64,000 bases of DNA from Thermoplasmata archaeon (GCA_021826685.1 JAKAYT010000003.1:7980-71979); one strand, 5' to 3'. Counted from the first letter of the stretch, positions 36,457 through 46,291 are shown. Made by a program: numbers and translations. The notes: a model not told the origin generated them from the sequence alone.

Positions 36457-36945
36457 ATGAGGCCCATGGAACGTTCACGAAACCGTGGCCCGATCGCCGA
36501 AGACCTTCGCGATGGCGAGACGTGCGATAGCCAGGGCCGCACTCTGTGCCCCGTGCTGGCCGCTGTAGGCGTGATCGGTACCGAGTGGCGGCTCGCCATC
36601 ATTCACCGGCTCCTCGACGGCCCCCAACGGTTCAGCGAGATCCTGAAGTCGAACCCTCGGTTGAACGCGAAGACCCTCAGCGCGACGCTCAAGTTCCTGG
36701 AGGGGCAAGGCGTGGTTCAGCGCCACGTCATCAGCACCCGTCCCTTCTCGGTGACGTACTCTCTTACCGAGATGGGGCTCAGCCTCGCGCCGGCAGCTCG
36801 CGAGTTGCAACTCTGGGGCGAACGCTGGCTCGTTCCACGGGCCACCGCTCGCACCAACGCACCCCCCGCCCGGCCCACGCCCGTCATCGAGGGGGAGTTA
36901 CCGCGAATCGTCGTCCCCGACGCGGGGACCCCCCGCTCGCACTGA
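36457..36945 (+). CDS. HxlR family (MarR-like winged helix) transcriptional regulator
   Basis: CPVLAAVGVIGTEWRLAIIHRLLDGPQRFSEILKSNPRLNAKTLSATLKFLEGQGVVQRHV...TYSLTEMG. Confidence 0.8.
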   Translation: MRPMERSRNRGPIAEDLRDGETCDSQGRTLCPVLAAVGVIGTEWRLAIIHRLLDGPQRFSEILKSNPRLNAKTLSATLKFLEGQGVVQRHVISTRPFSVTYSLTEMGLSLAPAARELQLWGERWLVPRATARTNAPPARPTPVIEGELPRIVVPDAGTPRSH

Positions 36946-37097
36946 ACGGAACGCTCCCTGAGAGAGGCGTTCCGCCACCTCTCCCTTGTCGGTTGAAATA
37001 CCCGAACGACCGATGGTTTCCCCGCATACCACCCCGAAGGGTCGCGTAACATCGCCGATAGGGGACTGCACCGTCCCGGGCGTGCACGCGACCCTTC

Positions 37098-38021
37098 TCA
37101 ACCTCGACTCTTACTTCGGCGATGGTCTCGAACGAGCTTTCGCCAGAAGTACAGCGTGGCGTAGCTGCCCCAGCCGGGGTAGTGCTCGTCCGCCCACGCC
37201 CGTGCGGCCCCTTCGGGGGCGCGCCGCGACAGGACGCCGTACTGCGCGAGCGCCACGCGCAGCCCGAGGTCCCCCGCCACGAACAGGTCCGTACGGCCCG
37301 CTCCTCGCAAAAGTGCGTTCTCGGCGGTCCACCGCCCGACCCCGGGCTCGGCGTCGAGCCGGTCGATCGCGGCTTCACGGTCTAGGTGACGGAACTCCTC
37401 GGCGTCGAAGCGCCCGTCGATCTCGCCTTGGGCGAGCGAGAAGAGCGCGGTCGACTTGGCACGACTGAGGCCGAGGCGTCGAACGCCGGAGATTCCGAGA
37501 CGGCGGACCGCCCGAGGGGGTGGAGCGCAGGGTAGAACGATATCGTCCACCCGCAGGTATGCGTGCGTCGCGTTCAGGATCCGCCGCCACAACGTGTCGG
37601 CGGCCCGCACCGATAGCTGCTGTCCGACAATCGCCTGGGCCAACGACTCGTACAGCGAAGGATCCCGGGGCAACCGCACTCCGCGGAAAGTTCGCTCCGT
37701 TCCCCGAAGCGTCGGATCCCGTCGGACCCATCGGTAGAACGCAGGGAGGTCGTGTTCGAGGCTGAACATCTCTCGCACGGCCGAACGCGCCGCGCCGGCG
37801 CTCGCGCTGCGAGCCTCGATCTGCCAACGTCGGCCGTGGACCGAGACTCCGAGCGCCCACGGTCGATCGGCCGGACCCCACGCGCGCCACAACGTTCGTC
37901 CATCGGAAGACCAAGCGGTCGATCGTGTGGCGTACTCGAGCTCGTCCCCGTACCGGGGGAACCGGGACAAGGGCGGAGGTTGCACGTGCGTCCGGACTCG
38001 GTCCCCAACGACGCCCCCCAC
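37098..38021 (-). CDS. alkA: DNA-3-methyladenine glycosylase II (AlkA-like, HhH-GPD)
   Basis: LAQAIVGQQLSVRAADTLW, LGLSRAKSTAL, GVGRWTAENALLRGAGRTDLFVAGDLGLRVA (HhH plus catalytic Asp) and YATLYFW. Confidence 0.8.
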   Translation of the reverse strand: MGGVVGDRVRTHVQPPPLSRFPRYGDELEYATRSTAWSSDGRTLWRAWGPADRPWALGVSVHGRRWQIEARSASAGAARSAVREMFSLEHDLPAFYRWVRRDPTLRGTERTFRGVRLPRDPSLYESLAQAIVGQQLSVRAADTLWRRILNATHAYLRVDDIVLPCAPPPRAVRRLGISGVRRLGLSRAKSTALFSLAQGEIDGRFDAEEFRHLDREAAIDRLDAEPGVGRWTAENALLRGAGRTDLFVAGDLGLRVALAQYGVLSRRAPEGAARAWADEHYPGWGSYATLYFWRKLVRDHRRSKSRG

Positions 38022-38096
38022 GAGGTGCCCAGGGTCGCGCGCGCGATAACGCTGCCCCGGTCCCGGCGGAGTTTCGGGCGTTTATCAACGAAATAG

Positions 38097-38106
38097 TCTA
38101 TAAATT
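38097..38106 (+). promoter_or_regulatory. TATA box for the HTH regulator gene; AT-rich divergent region shared with alkA
   Basis: TCTATAAATT is centred ~26 nt upstream of ATG 38127. Confidence 0.45.
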
Positions 38107-38126
38107 CCGGTCGCGTCTCCGAGTCG

Positions 38127-38786
38127 ATGGCCGCCGACGAAGGGGAATCGACCCAGGGCTTCGCCGGATCGAAGCAAGCGATCCTCCTCTATCTGAAGCA
38201 ATCCGGTTCGACCAGCCTTGCCGAGATCGCTCGAGCGGTCGGCATCAGTAAGACCGCCGCCCTCACCCACCTCGAGCAGCTCGAATCCCAAGGGTGGCTC
38301 GAGCGTTCGTTCCAGCGGGGCGCCGTCGGTCGGCCGCCGGTGTGCTTCCGACTCGCTCCGCGATCGACCCAGCTCTTCCCCCAGAGCTATTCCGAGGTCT
38401 CCCGGGCCGCGCTCGAATTCATCCAGCGGCGCCTCGGCCGACCGGCTGTCGTCGAGCTCTTCCAAGAACGTGCCCATGATCTGGCCGATCGAAACCGGAG
38501 CCGGATCGATGGCGATCGGTTATCCGAACGCGTCGAGCGTCTCGCGGCCGTCCGCTCCGAGGGAGGATACATGGCCGAGGTCGGGATCCGGCGCAAGGGG
38601 GCCGTCGAGCTCCGGGAGCACAACTGCCCCATTCTGGCGCTCGTGGGACAGTACCCGGAGGCATGCGACATCGAGCGGCGGATGTTCGAGAGCGTCCTCC
38701 GCGCCCGGGTCGACGTGAGCCACCGGGTCGTCGTCGGGGATGCGGTCTGCCGCTTCTGGATTCGGGAGAGGGAGAGCAGAGGATGA
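38127..38786 (+). CDS. ArsR/DeoR-like winged-helix transcriptional regulator (COG2345 type)
   Basis: KQAILLYLKQSGSTSLAEIARAVGISKTAALTHLEQLESQGWLER. The C-terminal domain has CPILAL...C...C cysteines. Confidence 0.7.
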   Translation: MAADEGESTQGFAGSKQAILLYLKQSGSTSLAEIARAVGISKTAALTHLEQLESQGWLERSFQRGAVGRPPVCFRLAPRSTQLFPQSYSEVSRAALEFIQRRLGRPAVVELFQERAHDLADRNRSRIDGDRLSERVERLAAVRSEGGYMAEVGIRRKGAVELREHNCPILALVGQYPEACDIERRMFESVLRARVDVSHRVVVGDAVCRFWIRERESRG

Positions 38787-39012
38787 TGCCGCGTCGGGCG
38801 CCTCCCACCGGGTTCCGTCGCAGGTCGGGAGCGACGATCGCCCCGTTACCGCGACGCGGTTCGTGATCGCGTACCGATAATCGCCGAGCGGCGGCACCTA
38901 AGGACGGGGGACGTCCTCCGTTCCGCTGCGGCGCTAGGACATCCCACCGAACGCCGGAGCTCCGAAGGGTGGGCCCCGTCAGCCGAAATACAGGCCCCGC
39001 TTCGGCCCGTCC

Positions 39013-39993
39013 ATGCAGATGCGTCGACTCGGCCGAGACGGCCCCCGGGTCTCCGCGATCGGTCTCGGATGCATGGGGATGTCGCAGTCCTATGGAACCC
39101 CCCAGGACGAGGAGTCGCGGGCGACCATCCATCGCGCGCTGGAGCTCGGTGTGAATTTCCTCGACACGGCCGACGTCTACGGTCCGTTCACCAACGAGCG
39201 GTTGGTCGGCGAAGCGATCCGGGGCCGACGGGACGAGGTGATCCTCGCCACCAAGTGCGGACTGAACCCCGCGGGCGAAGGTCCTCCCGTCAACGGTCGA
39301 CCGGAGTACATCCGCGCGGCCTGCGACGCCAGCCTCCAGCGTCTCGGGGTCTCGACGATCGACCTGTACTACCTCCATCGAGTCGACCCGGAAACCCCGA
39401 TCGAGGAGAGCGTACGGGCCATGGCCGGCCTCGTGAAGGAGGGGAAGGTCCGCTACCTCGGGCTCTCGGAGGTGAGCCCCACGACGCTCCGCCGGGCCCA
39501 CGCGGTCCACCCGATCACGGCCGTACAGAGCGAGTTCTCGCTGTGGACCCGCGAGCCCGAGAACCGGATCCTGCCGGTGTGCCGCGAACTGGGCGTCGGC
39601 TTCGTGCCGTTCAGCCCGCTCGGACGGGGCTTCTTCTCCGGCAAGGTCCGGTCGCTCGAGGACCTGCCTCCGAACGACTTCCGACGGGGACTCCCCCGTT
39701 TCGCACCGGGAAACTTCCCACGGAACCTCGCGATCGTCGACCGGTTGGCGACGCTCGCGGCCGCGAAGGGATGCACGCCGGCCCAGCTCGCTCTCGCGTG
39801 GGTCCTCTCCCGGGGGGACGAGGTCGTGCCGATCCCCGGAACGAAGCGACGAACGTACCTGGAAGAGAACGTAGCGGCCACAGAGCTGATGCTCTCTCCG
39901 GCGGATCGGGCGGCCATCGACGAGATCGCTCCCGTAGGATCCGCGGCCGGAGATCGGTACTCGCCCGAACGGATGGCGACGGTCGATCGTTGA
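39013..39993 (+). CDS. Aldo/keto reductase
   Basis: [49 protein letters not shown] and [16 protein letters not shown]. Confidence 0.9.
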   Translation: MQMRRLGRDGPRVSAIGLGCMGMSQSYGTPQDEESRATIHRALELGVNFLDTADVYGPFTNERLVGEAIRGRRDEVILATKCGLNPAGEGPPVNGRPEYIRAACDASLQRLGVSTIDLYYLHRVDPETPIEESVRAMAGLVKEGKVRYLGLSEVSPTTLRRAHAVHPITAVQSEFSLWTREPENRILPVCRELGVGFVPFSPLGRGFFSGKVRSLEDLPPNDFRRGLPRFAPGNFPRNLAIVDRLATLAAAKGCTPAQLALAWVLSRGDEVVPIPGTKRRTYLEENVAATELMLSPADRAAIDEIAPVGSAAGDRYSPERMATVDR

Positions 39994-40062
39994 TCGAGGG
40001 ACCGACCCGACCACCGTCGGGGCCCTCTATGTAGCCCATGTCCTGGCCCGGAGAGCGCGCCC

Positions 40063-40977
40063 ATGGCAACACCCGGCCCCCGCTTCGCTCCCTTGGACGT
40101 CGTGTTGCTCATCGTGCTAGGAGCCGTCTGGGGCTCGGCGTACATCTTCATCCGGGAAGGTATCGTTCTCGGGGCGTCTCCCTTCCCGTACGCGGCGGTG
40201 CGCTACGCGTTCAGCGCCGCCGGCTTCGCGATCGTCGCGGCGAGCCTGCGTGAGAAGTTCCCGAACCGGCGCGCGCTCGCGGTCTCCGCCGGGATCGGCG
40301 GGATCTTCGTCATCGGGCTCTACGGGGGATTCCTGTACTGGGGCGAGCAGTTCACTACCGGGGCGTACGCCTCGATGCTGTCGACGACCTCCCCGATCCT
40401 GACGGTCGTCGTCGCTTCCGTTCTCCTACCTCATGAGAAGCTCGGCGCCCGGTCGCTCGTCGGGCTCGCCGTAGGATTTGCCGGCGTCGGAGTATTGCTC
40501 TACCCTCAGCTCCAGAGCGGTCCGGGCGGATGGACCGGCCCGACGGTGATCGTCGGAGCGTTCCTGAGCGCGGCGGTCGGCGTGGTGTTGATCCGCCGGT
40601 ACGGCATGGGCCGGCAGGGCCTCTGGCAGATCGGTGCGCAGTTCGCGGTGGGCGCGGTCCTGCTCGGCGTCGCCACCGTCGTCCTCCCGGGCCCCGAAGG
40701 ATTTCCCGACACTGCCGGCGTGTGGGCGTCGCTCGCGATCCTCGTGCTCTTCTCTTCGCTGTGCGGCTACTTCATCTACTATCTGCTGGTCCACCGGGTC
40801 GGCCCGGTGCGCGCGAACGCCGTCACCTACCTGATCCCACTATCGGGGATCGGGCTCGGAGCGGGACTCTTCGGAGAACCGATCGGCGCGATCGAGGTCG
40901 TCGGGTTCGTCATCGTCCTCGTTGGCGTGGCGTTCGTCATCCTCGGCTCGGGCCGGTCGACCTCGCCCGGAAGCTGA
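40063..40977 (+). CDS. EamA/DMT-family transporter
   Basis: About 10 hydrophobic segments in two EamA-like halves (WGSAYIFIREG...; YYLLVHRVGPVRANAVTYLIPL). Confidence 0.85.
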   Translation: MATPGPRFAPLDVVLLIVLGAVWGSAYIFIREGIVLGASPFPYAAVRYAFSAAGFAIVAASLREKFPNRRALAVSAGIGGIFVIGLYGGFLYWGEQFTTGAYASMLSTTSPILTVVVASVLLPHEKLGARSLVGLAVGFAGVGVLLYPQLQSGPGGWTGPTVIVGAFLSAAVGVVLIRRYGMGRQGLWQIGAQFAVGAVLLGVATVVLPGPEGFPDTAGVWASLAILVLFSSLCGYFIYYLLVHRVGPVRANAVTYLIPLSGIGLGAGLFGEPIGAIEVVGFVIVLVGVAFVILGSGRSTSPGS

Positions 40978-41003
40978 TAGGCCCGCACCGAAGTGCCGGG
41001 TCG

Positions 41004-41543
41004 ATGCGGCTCTTCTTCGCGGTCGACGTCCCTCCGCTACCCCCCTGGGATCCCGGCTCGCGCAGCGCTACCTCGGCGGCGCCCGAGCACATCACCGTCC
41101 GGTTCCTGGGCGACGTGCCGGCGGAACGGTGCGCCGACCTAAACCGCGCCGGCTCGGAAGCGGTCGCGGGGCTCCGACGGTTCCCGATCGAGCTCGCATC
41201 GATCGGGGCCTTCCCGTCGGAGCGCTCGCCGCGCATCGTCTACGTCACCGCAAACTCGGGGACGGCGGATCTTGAAGCGCTCGCGGCGCGCCTGACCGAG
41301 GCCCTGGCCCGGATCGGGATCCCGCCCGATCCTCGGCCGTTTGCGGCCCACGTGACGTGGCGGCGCATCCGCTCGGCCCACGATCAGAGCGTGGCGCGCG
41401 TCCGGCTCGCCGAGGGAACGCTGGGGCACCCGATCGTGACGGTGGTGCGTGCGCTGCTCCTCAAGGAAAGCGAGCTCTCCTCGGCCGGCGCCGTACACCG
41501 GGTCATCGCCGAGTTCCCGCTGGGGGCCGCCCCGAATCCCTAG
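41004..41543 (+). CDS. thpR: RNA 2-prime,3-prime-cyclic phosphodiesterase (ThpR/LigT 2H family)
   Basis: MRLFFAV start and two H-x-T/S-x motifs (HITVRF, HVTWRR). Start at ATG 41004 within a longer shadow ORF. Confidence 0.8.
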   Translation: MRLFFAVDVPPLPPWDPGSRSATSAAPEHITVRFLGDVPAERCADLNRAGSEAVAGLRRFPIELASIGAFPSERSPRIVYVTANSGTADLEALAARLTEALARIGIPPDPRPFAAHVTWRRIRSAHDQSVARVRLAEGTLGHPIVTVVRALLLKESELSSAGAVHRVIAEFPLGAAPNP

Positions 41544-42934
41544 GACGGGTCGCGGCCGACGAGATCGTAGTACCGATACGCCGCTTCCCCCGCGCCGAAG
41601 CAGTACTGGAGGGTGGTGAATCCCGCCTTGAGCTGGGCCGCCTCGGTGCGGATCTCGTCCGATGGTCGGCCCTTGTGCAGGAGGCCGTCGAACAGGTCGG
41701 CGATCCGCACCATCTCCCGCTCCTTCATCCCGACGCGCGTGACCTCGGGCGAGCCCAGCCGGATGCCCTGCGGGTGCTTCGGGCTCGCGTCGCCCGGGAG
41801 GAGGTTCTTGTTGGAGATGATCCCCGCATCGGCGAGGGCGCGGGCAACCGTCTCTCCGCCCCCCTCGTTCGTGACCCGAACGGCGATCGTGTGCGACTGG
41901 GTGAACCCGAGGCGCTCGGCCAGCACGTCAAACCCCCGTTCGTTCAGGGCTTGCGCCAGCGCCTTCGCATTCGCGATCGTCTGGCGCGCGTACTCGCGTC
42001 CGAACTCGAGATGCTCGGCCAGGCTCACCGCGAGGGCCGCCATGGTGTGGAGGTGGTGGTTGCTCGTGACCCCCGGGAAGGCGCCCGAGGCGAGGCGCTT
42101 GGCCGCGTCGGGTTCGAGGCCCTCTCCGAGCAGGATCCCGTGCTGTGGACCCGGGAGGGTCTTGTGGGTCGAGGAGCTGAGGACCTGACATCCCTCGCGC
42201 AGCGGGTCCTGGAACTGCCCGCCCCCGATCAGGCCAAGGACATGGGCCCCGTCGTACCATCCGCGGGCCCCGATCTCCTCGAGCGTCGGGCGAAGCTCGT
42301 CGATCGGCATCGGGAACAAGAAGAGGGAGAGGCCGAACAGGCACAGCTTGGGCCGGACCGCGCGCAGGATCTCCTTAGTGCGCGGGACGTCGATCGTCAT
42401 GCGTTCCTCGTCCCACGCGTAGTAGACGGGTTTGACCGAACGGAGGCCGAACGCGCCGAACGAGGCGCTCGAGATGTGGGCGCCGTCCGCGAGCCGGCTC
42501 GTGCCGACGAGCTCGAACGGCTCGGCGAGACCCTTGAGCACCGCGAGGTTGGCGACCGTTCCCGAGATCGGTCGGACGTCGGCGAACGAGCACCGGAAGA
42601 GACGCCGGGCAAGATCGAGACAGACGTTCTCGATGTGATCGACGTCTTCGTTTCCCTCGTAGTATCGCTCTCCGGGAAGCCCCTCCGCATAGCGGGAGTG
42701 GAGGTCGCTGATGAGCAGCTCCTTGGCGTACGGGGACAACAGGTTCTCGCTCGCGATCAGCGGGATGGCGCTCTCGAACCTCTTCGAGTGATGCTGGGCG
42801 GTGGCGCGAATGTCCCGCACCACCTGCGCCATCTCGCCCGAACGAGGCGGCGGCGTTTGCGTTGACCCTCCCACCCCTGTGTTTCCAGTGGAACGGTCGG
42901 TCGGGGCCACGCCCGAATTCGTAGGAAGAGACAT
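41540..42934 (-). CDS. glyA: Serine hydroxymethyltransferase (archaeal type)
   Basis: IPLIASENLLSP, RYAEGLPGERYYEG and the PLP-lysine block SSSTHKTLPGPQHG. An alternative start at ATG 42832 (MAQVVRDIR) would remove a low-complexity 34-aa N-terminus. Confidence 0.9.
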   Translation of the reverse strand: MSLPTNSGVAPTDRSTGNTGVGGSTQTPPPRSGEMAQVVRDIRATAQHHSKRFESAIPLIASENLLSPYAKELLISDLHSRYAEGLPGERYYEGNEDVDHIENVCLDLARRLFRCSFADVRPISGTVANLAVLKGLAEPFELVGTSRLADGAHISSASFGAFGLRSVKPVYYAWDEERMTIDVPRTKEILRAVRPKLCLFGLSLFLFPMPIDELRPTLEEIGARGWYDGAHVLGLIGGGQFQDPLREGCQVLSSSTHKTLPGPQHGILLGEGLEPDAAKRLASGAFPGVTSNHHLHTMAALAVSLAEHLEFGREYARQTIANAKALAQALNERGFDVLAERLGFTQSHTIAVRVTNEGGGETVARALADAGIISNKNLLPGDASPKHPQGIRLGSPEVTRVGMKEREMVRIADLFDGLLHKGRPSDEIRTEAAQLKAGFTTLQYCFGAGEAAYRYYDLVGRDPS

Positions 42935-42968
42935 AGGTCACCCGGAAACGGTCACGCCACCACGAGCG

Positions 42969-42980
42969 GCCATATATGGC
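42969..42980. promoter_or_regulatory. Palindromic TATA element between glyA and the thioesterase gene
   Basis: GCCATATATGGC is centred ~30 nt upstream of the thioesterase ATG (43004) and ~41 nt from the glyA ATG at 42934. Confidence 0.4.
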
Positions 42981-43003
42981 CCCGTACCGGTTCCCAACAG
43001 ACT

Positions 43004-43471
43004 ATGTCGCACCCTTCCTCCAGCCCAGACCCTTCTATCTCCATCCCTCCCTGGCCCGTCCAGCGACGCTTCCCCATACCCTACCACGATATCGACGTAC
43101 TCAACCACCTCAACCATGCCGCATACTTCCACTACATGGAGACGCTGCGTTGTGACTACTACCTTCCCCTCCTCCCTTCGCACGATCCTAGCGATCTCGA
43201 CATCATCATCCTCGATGCCTCCTGCCGCTACCTCGCTCCCGTCCCGTACGGAGAGATCCTCCTCGGAGAGGTCGCGCCGGCCCGTCCCCTCGGTCGCACC
43301 AGCTTCACCCTGCTCTACCGCTTCACCGACTCCCATCATCGCCTGACGGCTCGGGGAAAGACGGTGGTCATCTGCTACGATTACTCGAAATCGACGAAGC
43401 GAGAGATCCCTCCCGACCGCCGGAGGATCATGGAACGCCAAGCAGTCGACCCTACGGCCGAGGGGTGGTAG
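43004..43471 (+). CDS. Acyl-CoA thioesterase (4HBT/YbgC hotdog fold)
   Basis: YHDIDVLNHLNHAAYFHYMETLR is the catalytic Asp block. The hotdog-length body has a FTLLYRF strand. Confidence 0.8.
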   Translation: MSHPSSSPDPSISIPPWPVQRRFPIPYHDIDVLNHLNHAAYFHYMETLRCDYYLPLLPSHDPSDLDIIILDASCRYLAPVPYGEILLGEVAPARPLGRTSFTLLYRFTDSHHRLTARGKTVVICYDYSKSTKREIPPDRRRIMERQAVDPTAEGW

Positions 43472-43538
43472 TGCCTCGCCCCGGTTCCAGTGGAAAGAGG
43501 GGGGTGGGGGCCTTGCCTACCGTCTCGACGCGTTCCCG

Positions 43539-43852
43539 TGCTAGGCCAGCAGGATTGCCACCCGAGGAAGAGGCACGGAACCCCCAAGCGTTCCTCAGCC
43601 CCGTCTCCCCGCCAGCGTCGACGGGTCACGGTAAGGCTGCTCCCGTCAGGACCTAACCCGGTTCCCGTGATGGATAACCGCTAGGCCGCTCCTCCGAGCG
43701 GTCGTCGCGATGCCCGCGGCCCAGCGGAACAGAGCTTCGACGGAACAACTTGGGACGTGCCCCTCTCCTGAGCGTCGCTCCTGCTTGTCACCCCCGCTAA
43801 GGACGGTTTCGGTGTGTAAGGGGACGCCCAACCCCCCGGTCAAGCCTAGCAA
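43539..43852 (-). ncRNA. ffs: Signal recognition particle RNA (archaeal 7S RNA); ends approximate by ~30 nt
   Basis: All read on the minus strand. Alu-domain string GCUAGGCUUGACCGGGGGGUUGGGCGUCCCCUUACACACCGAAACCGUCC. Helix 6 hairpin CCGCUC-GGAG-GAGCGG (43686-43701). Helix 8 GGGUUAGGUCC-UGAC-GGGAGCAGCC (43635-43659), close to bacterial GGUCAGGUCCGGAAGGAAGCAGCC. Closing helix UGCUAGGC/GCCUAGCA. TATA box ATTAAATA ~26 nt upstream. Confidence 0.85.
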
Positions 43853-43872
43853 GGCGCTAACGATAGGGGTCC

Positions 43873-43880
43873 TATTTAAT
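43873..43880. promoter_or_regulatory. TATA box (ATTAAATA / TATTTAAT) upstream of the SRP RNA, possibly shared with tyrS
   Basis: The only AT-rich octamer in the 43853-43952 spacer. The SRP RNA 5-prime region starts ~25 nt away on the minus strand and the tyrS GTG lies 73 nt away on the plus strand. Confidence 0.45.
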
Positions 43881-43952
43881 CCGGGCCCCAGCCCGAATCG
43901 GGGCCGAAGACCCCCCAACATCAGCTAAAGAGCCGGCATCGTTCCCCGGGAC

Positions 43953-45020
43953 GTGGACTCGGAAGCACGGGTAGAACGGGTGCTGCGCTACACCCGGGAG
44001 GCGCTCACTCGGGAGGAGATCGCCGCGCTCTTCGCGTCGAACGAACACCCTCGGGCCTACATCGGGTTCGAACCGTCGGGCTCGCTCACGATCGCGCACC
44101 TCGTCACGACGCGGAAGATGATCGACCTCGTCGAGGCGGGCTGCGATCTCACGGTCTTCCTCGCGGACTGGCATGCGATGATCAACGACAAGCTCGGGGG
44201 CGATCTCGAGCGGATCCGGGCATCGGGCCGCTACATGCAGGCCGCGTTCACCGCCCTGGGCGTCGACCCCGACCGAGCCCGTTTCCGCTTCGCGAGCGAG
44301 CTGGTCGCGCGGCCGGCATACTGGGAGCGGGTCATCCGGGTCGCGAAGTCCACGACCCTCGCACGGACGAAGCGCGCGATGTCGATCATGGGGCGGCAGG
44401 AGGAGGAGGCGAGCCTCGACACGTCGAAGCTGTTCTACCCGGCGATGCAGGCCGCCGACATCTTCGAGCTCCCGGTCGAGCTCGCCTACGGGGGCATGGA
44501 CCAGCGTAGGGCGCACGTTCTCGCTCGCGAGGTCGCGCATCAGCGCGGCTGGCCGGTCCCGTGCGCGATCCACACCCCGCTTCTCTCGTCGCTGAAAGGG
44601 GGAGGTCGGATGGATCCCACCGAGGGAAGGACCGAGCGCAAGATGTCCAAGTCGGACCCGGGCAGCTCGGTCCCGATCCCGTGCACGCCCGAGACGCTCG
44701 CCGAGCGCCTGAACGGGGCGTTCTGCCCGGCGAAAGAGACCGAGGGGAACCCGATCGTCGAGCTCGTCGAGTACGTGATATTCCCGTGGACCGGGACGTT
44801 CGCGATCGACCGCGCGGCGAAGCACGGTGGGCCGGTCTCGTTCGCCTCCCCGGAGGAGTTCCGCGCGATGTGGACGAGCGGCCGGCTCCATCCCCAGGAC
44901 CTGAAGGCGGCGGTCGCCCACGCATTGGCGCCGCTCGTCGCGCCGGCGACCCGTTACTTCGCCGATCACCCCGAGCTGGGGCCGAGCTCGTTTGCGCTCC
45001 CTTCGGCGGACAAGTCTTAA
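43953..45020 (+). CDS. tyrS: Tyrosyl-tRNA synthetase (archaeal type)
   Basis: AYIGFEPSGSLTIAHL is a HIGH-region variant. DLTVFLADWHAMINDK, YPAMQAADI, GGMDQRRAHVLARE and KMSKS are also present. Confidence 0.9.
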   Translation: MDSEARVERVLRYTREALTREEIAALFASNEHPRAYIGFEPSGSLTIAHLVTTRKMIDLVEAGCDLTVFLADWHAMINDKLGGDLERIRASGRYMQAAFTALGVDPDRARFRFASELVARPAYWERVIRVAKSTTLARTKRAMSIMGRQEEEASLDTSKLFYPAMQAADIFELPVELAYGGMDQRRAHVLAREVAHQRGWPVPCAIHTPLLSSLKGGGRMDPTEGRTERKMSKSDPGSSVPIPCTPETLAERLNGAFCPAKETEGNPIVELVEYVIFPWTGTFAIDRAAKHGGPVSFASPEEFRAMWTSGRLHPQDLKAAVAHALAPLVAPATRYFADHPELGPSSFALPSADKS

Positions 45021-45093
45021 GTAAGGCGCTCCGTAGGCGGTCCCTACCCGTGAGCCGAGGGCCCCCTGGGGGTACCGCTGACGCGAGGACACA

Positions 45094-45465
45094 ATGGCGC
45101 GACCAATCTACGTGCGATTTGAGACCCCGGCCGACGTCGCCGACAAAGCCCTTCAGCTCGTTCAGGTGGCGAGCGAGACGGGCAAGGTGCGCGTCGGGAC
45201 GAACGAAGTCACGAAGTCGACCGAGCGCGCCGAAGCGAAGCTTGTCGTGATGGCCGAGGACGTCGACCCGGTAGAGATCCTGATCCACATCCCCATGCTC
45301 TGCGAGGAGAAGCGGATCCCGTACATCTACGTCGGAAAGAAGGCCCAGCTCGGGCAGTCGGCCGGGCTCTCGAAGTCGGCCGCGAGCGTCGCCATCGTCG
45401 AACCGGGCGAGGCGAAGGGCCTCCTCGAAGAGCTCGCGCAGTCGTTCCCTTCCCTGAAGAAGTAG
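45094..45465 (+). CDS. rpl7ae: 50S ribosomal protein L7Ae
   Basis: [50 protein letters not shown]. Confidence 0.95.
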   Translation: MARPIYVRFETPADVADKALQLVQVASETGKVRVGTNEVTKSTERAEAKLVVMAEDVDPVEILIHIPMLCEEKRIPYIYVGKKAQLGQSAGLSKSAASVAIVEPGEAKGLLEELAQSFPSLKK

Positions 45466-45493
45466 GCGAGCCGGTCGAGCGAGGGTAGAAGCG

Positions 45494-45706
45494 ATGGCGG
45501 AAGAGAAGGGCTCCCCGGCCGAGGTCGTGGAGCTGATCGGCCGCACGGGCATGGCGGGGGAGGCGACCCAAGTCAAGGTCCGCGTTCTCGCCGGGCGGGA
45601 CCGCGGTAAGATCATCACCCGGAACGTCGCCGGACCGATCCGCCTCGGGGACGTCCTCATCCTTCGCGAGACCGCGCGCGAAGCGCGCAAGCTCTCGGTG
45701 CGCTAG
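45494..45706 (+). CDS. rps28e: 30S ribosomal protein S28e
   Basis: [60 protein letters not shown]. Confidence 0.95.
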   Translation: MAEEKGSPAEVVELIGRTGMAGEATQVKVRVLAGRDRGKIITRNVAGPIRLGDVLILRETAREARKLSVR

Positions 45707-45732
45707 GAAGCTGGGCGGAGGCACGCCGATCG

Positions 45733-46230
45733 ATGGTCGTCAAGCGTCAGTGCTCGTTCTGCGCGAACGAGATCGAGCCCGGCACGGGCATGATGTTCGT
45801 CAAGCGCGACGGCACGATCTATCACTTCTGTTCCTCGAGCTGCCGCAAGCAACAGCTCCACCTCGGCCGCGTCGGTCACCGGCGCAAGTGGACCCGCGCG
45901 CACATGATGAAGCGCGCCGCGAGCCAGGCGGCCGCCCCGGCGATCTCGCCGTCGGAGCTCGTGTCCGTTCCGGTTTCCCCCGCGCAGTCCGAACCCGGCG
46001 CGGCCGTGCCGCCACCGGCCCCGGTGCCCGAACGGACGACCCCAGCGCCCTCGTCCGAGCCCGCCGCTACCGAAGCGGAGGCAGCGGCGGCCCCGACGGC
46101 AGAGCCCGGCGGAGGGCCGGCGGAGGCGCCGGCCCAGCCCGTCGCGAAGCCTCGCCGTCGAACGGCCGCCCCGAAGGCGAAGGAGAAGGCGGCCGATACG
46201 CCGACGAGCGGGTCCCCGCCCTCCTCCTGA
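45733..46230 (+). CDS. rpl24e: 50S ribosomal protein L24e with long Ala/Pro-rich C-terminal extension
   Basis: The N-terminal 60 aa CSFCANEIEPGTGMMFVKRDGTIYHFCSSSCRKQ form the L24e zinc ribbon. About 100 further residues are Ala/Pro/Glu-rich. Confidence 0.9.
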   Translation: MVVKRQCSFCANEIEPGTGMMFVKRDGTIYHFCSSSCRKQQLHLGRVGHRRKWTRAHMMKRAASQAAAPAISPSELVSVPVSPAQSEPGAAVPPPAPVPERTTPAPSSEPAATEAEAAAAPTAEPGGGPAEAPAQPVAKPRRRTAAPKAKEKAADTPTSGSPPSS

Positions 46231-46291
46231 GCCCGCGCCCGGATTTCGCCTGGAAGATCACCGATAAGCTCCGGCGTGCCGGCGCCCGTTC

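Noticed and set aside
45021-45093. Possible K-turn autoregulatory element in the L7Ae 5-prime leader (GTGA and CTGA strings present)
   Set aside because: I could not pair the flanking bases into the required C-stem / 3-nt bulge / tandem G-A arrangement, so the GA dinucleotides appear coincidental.
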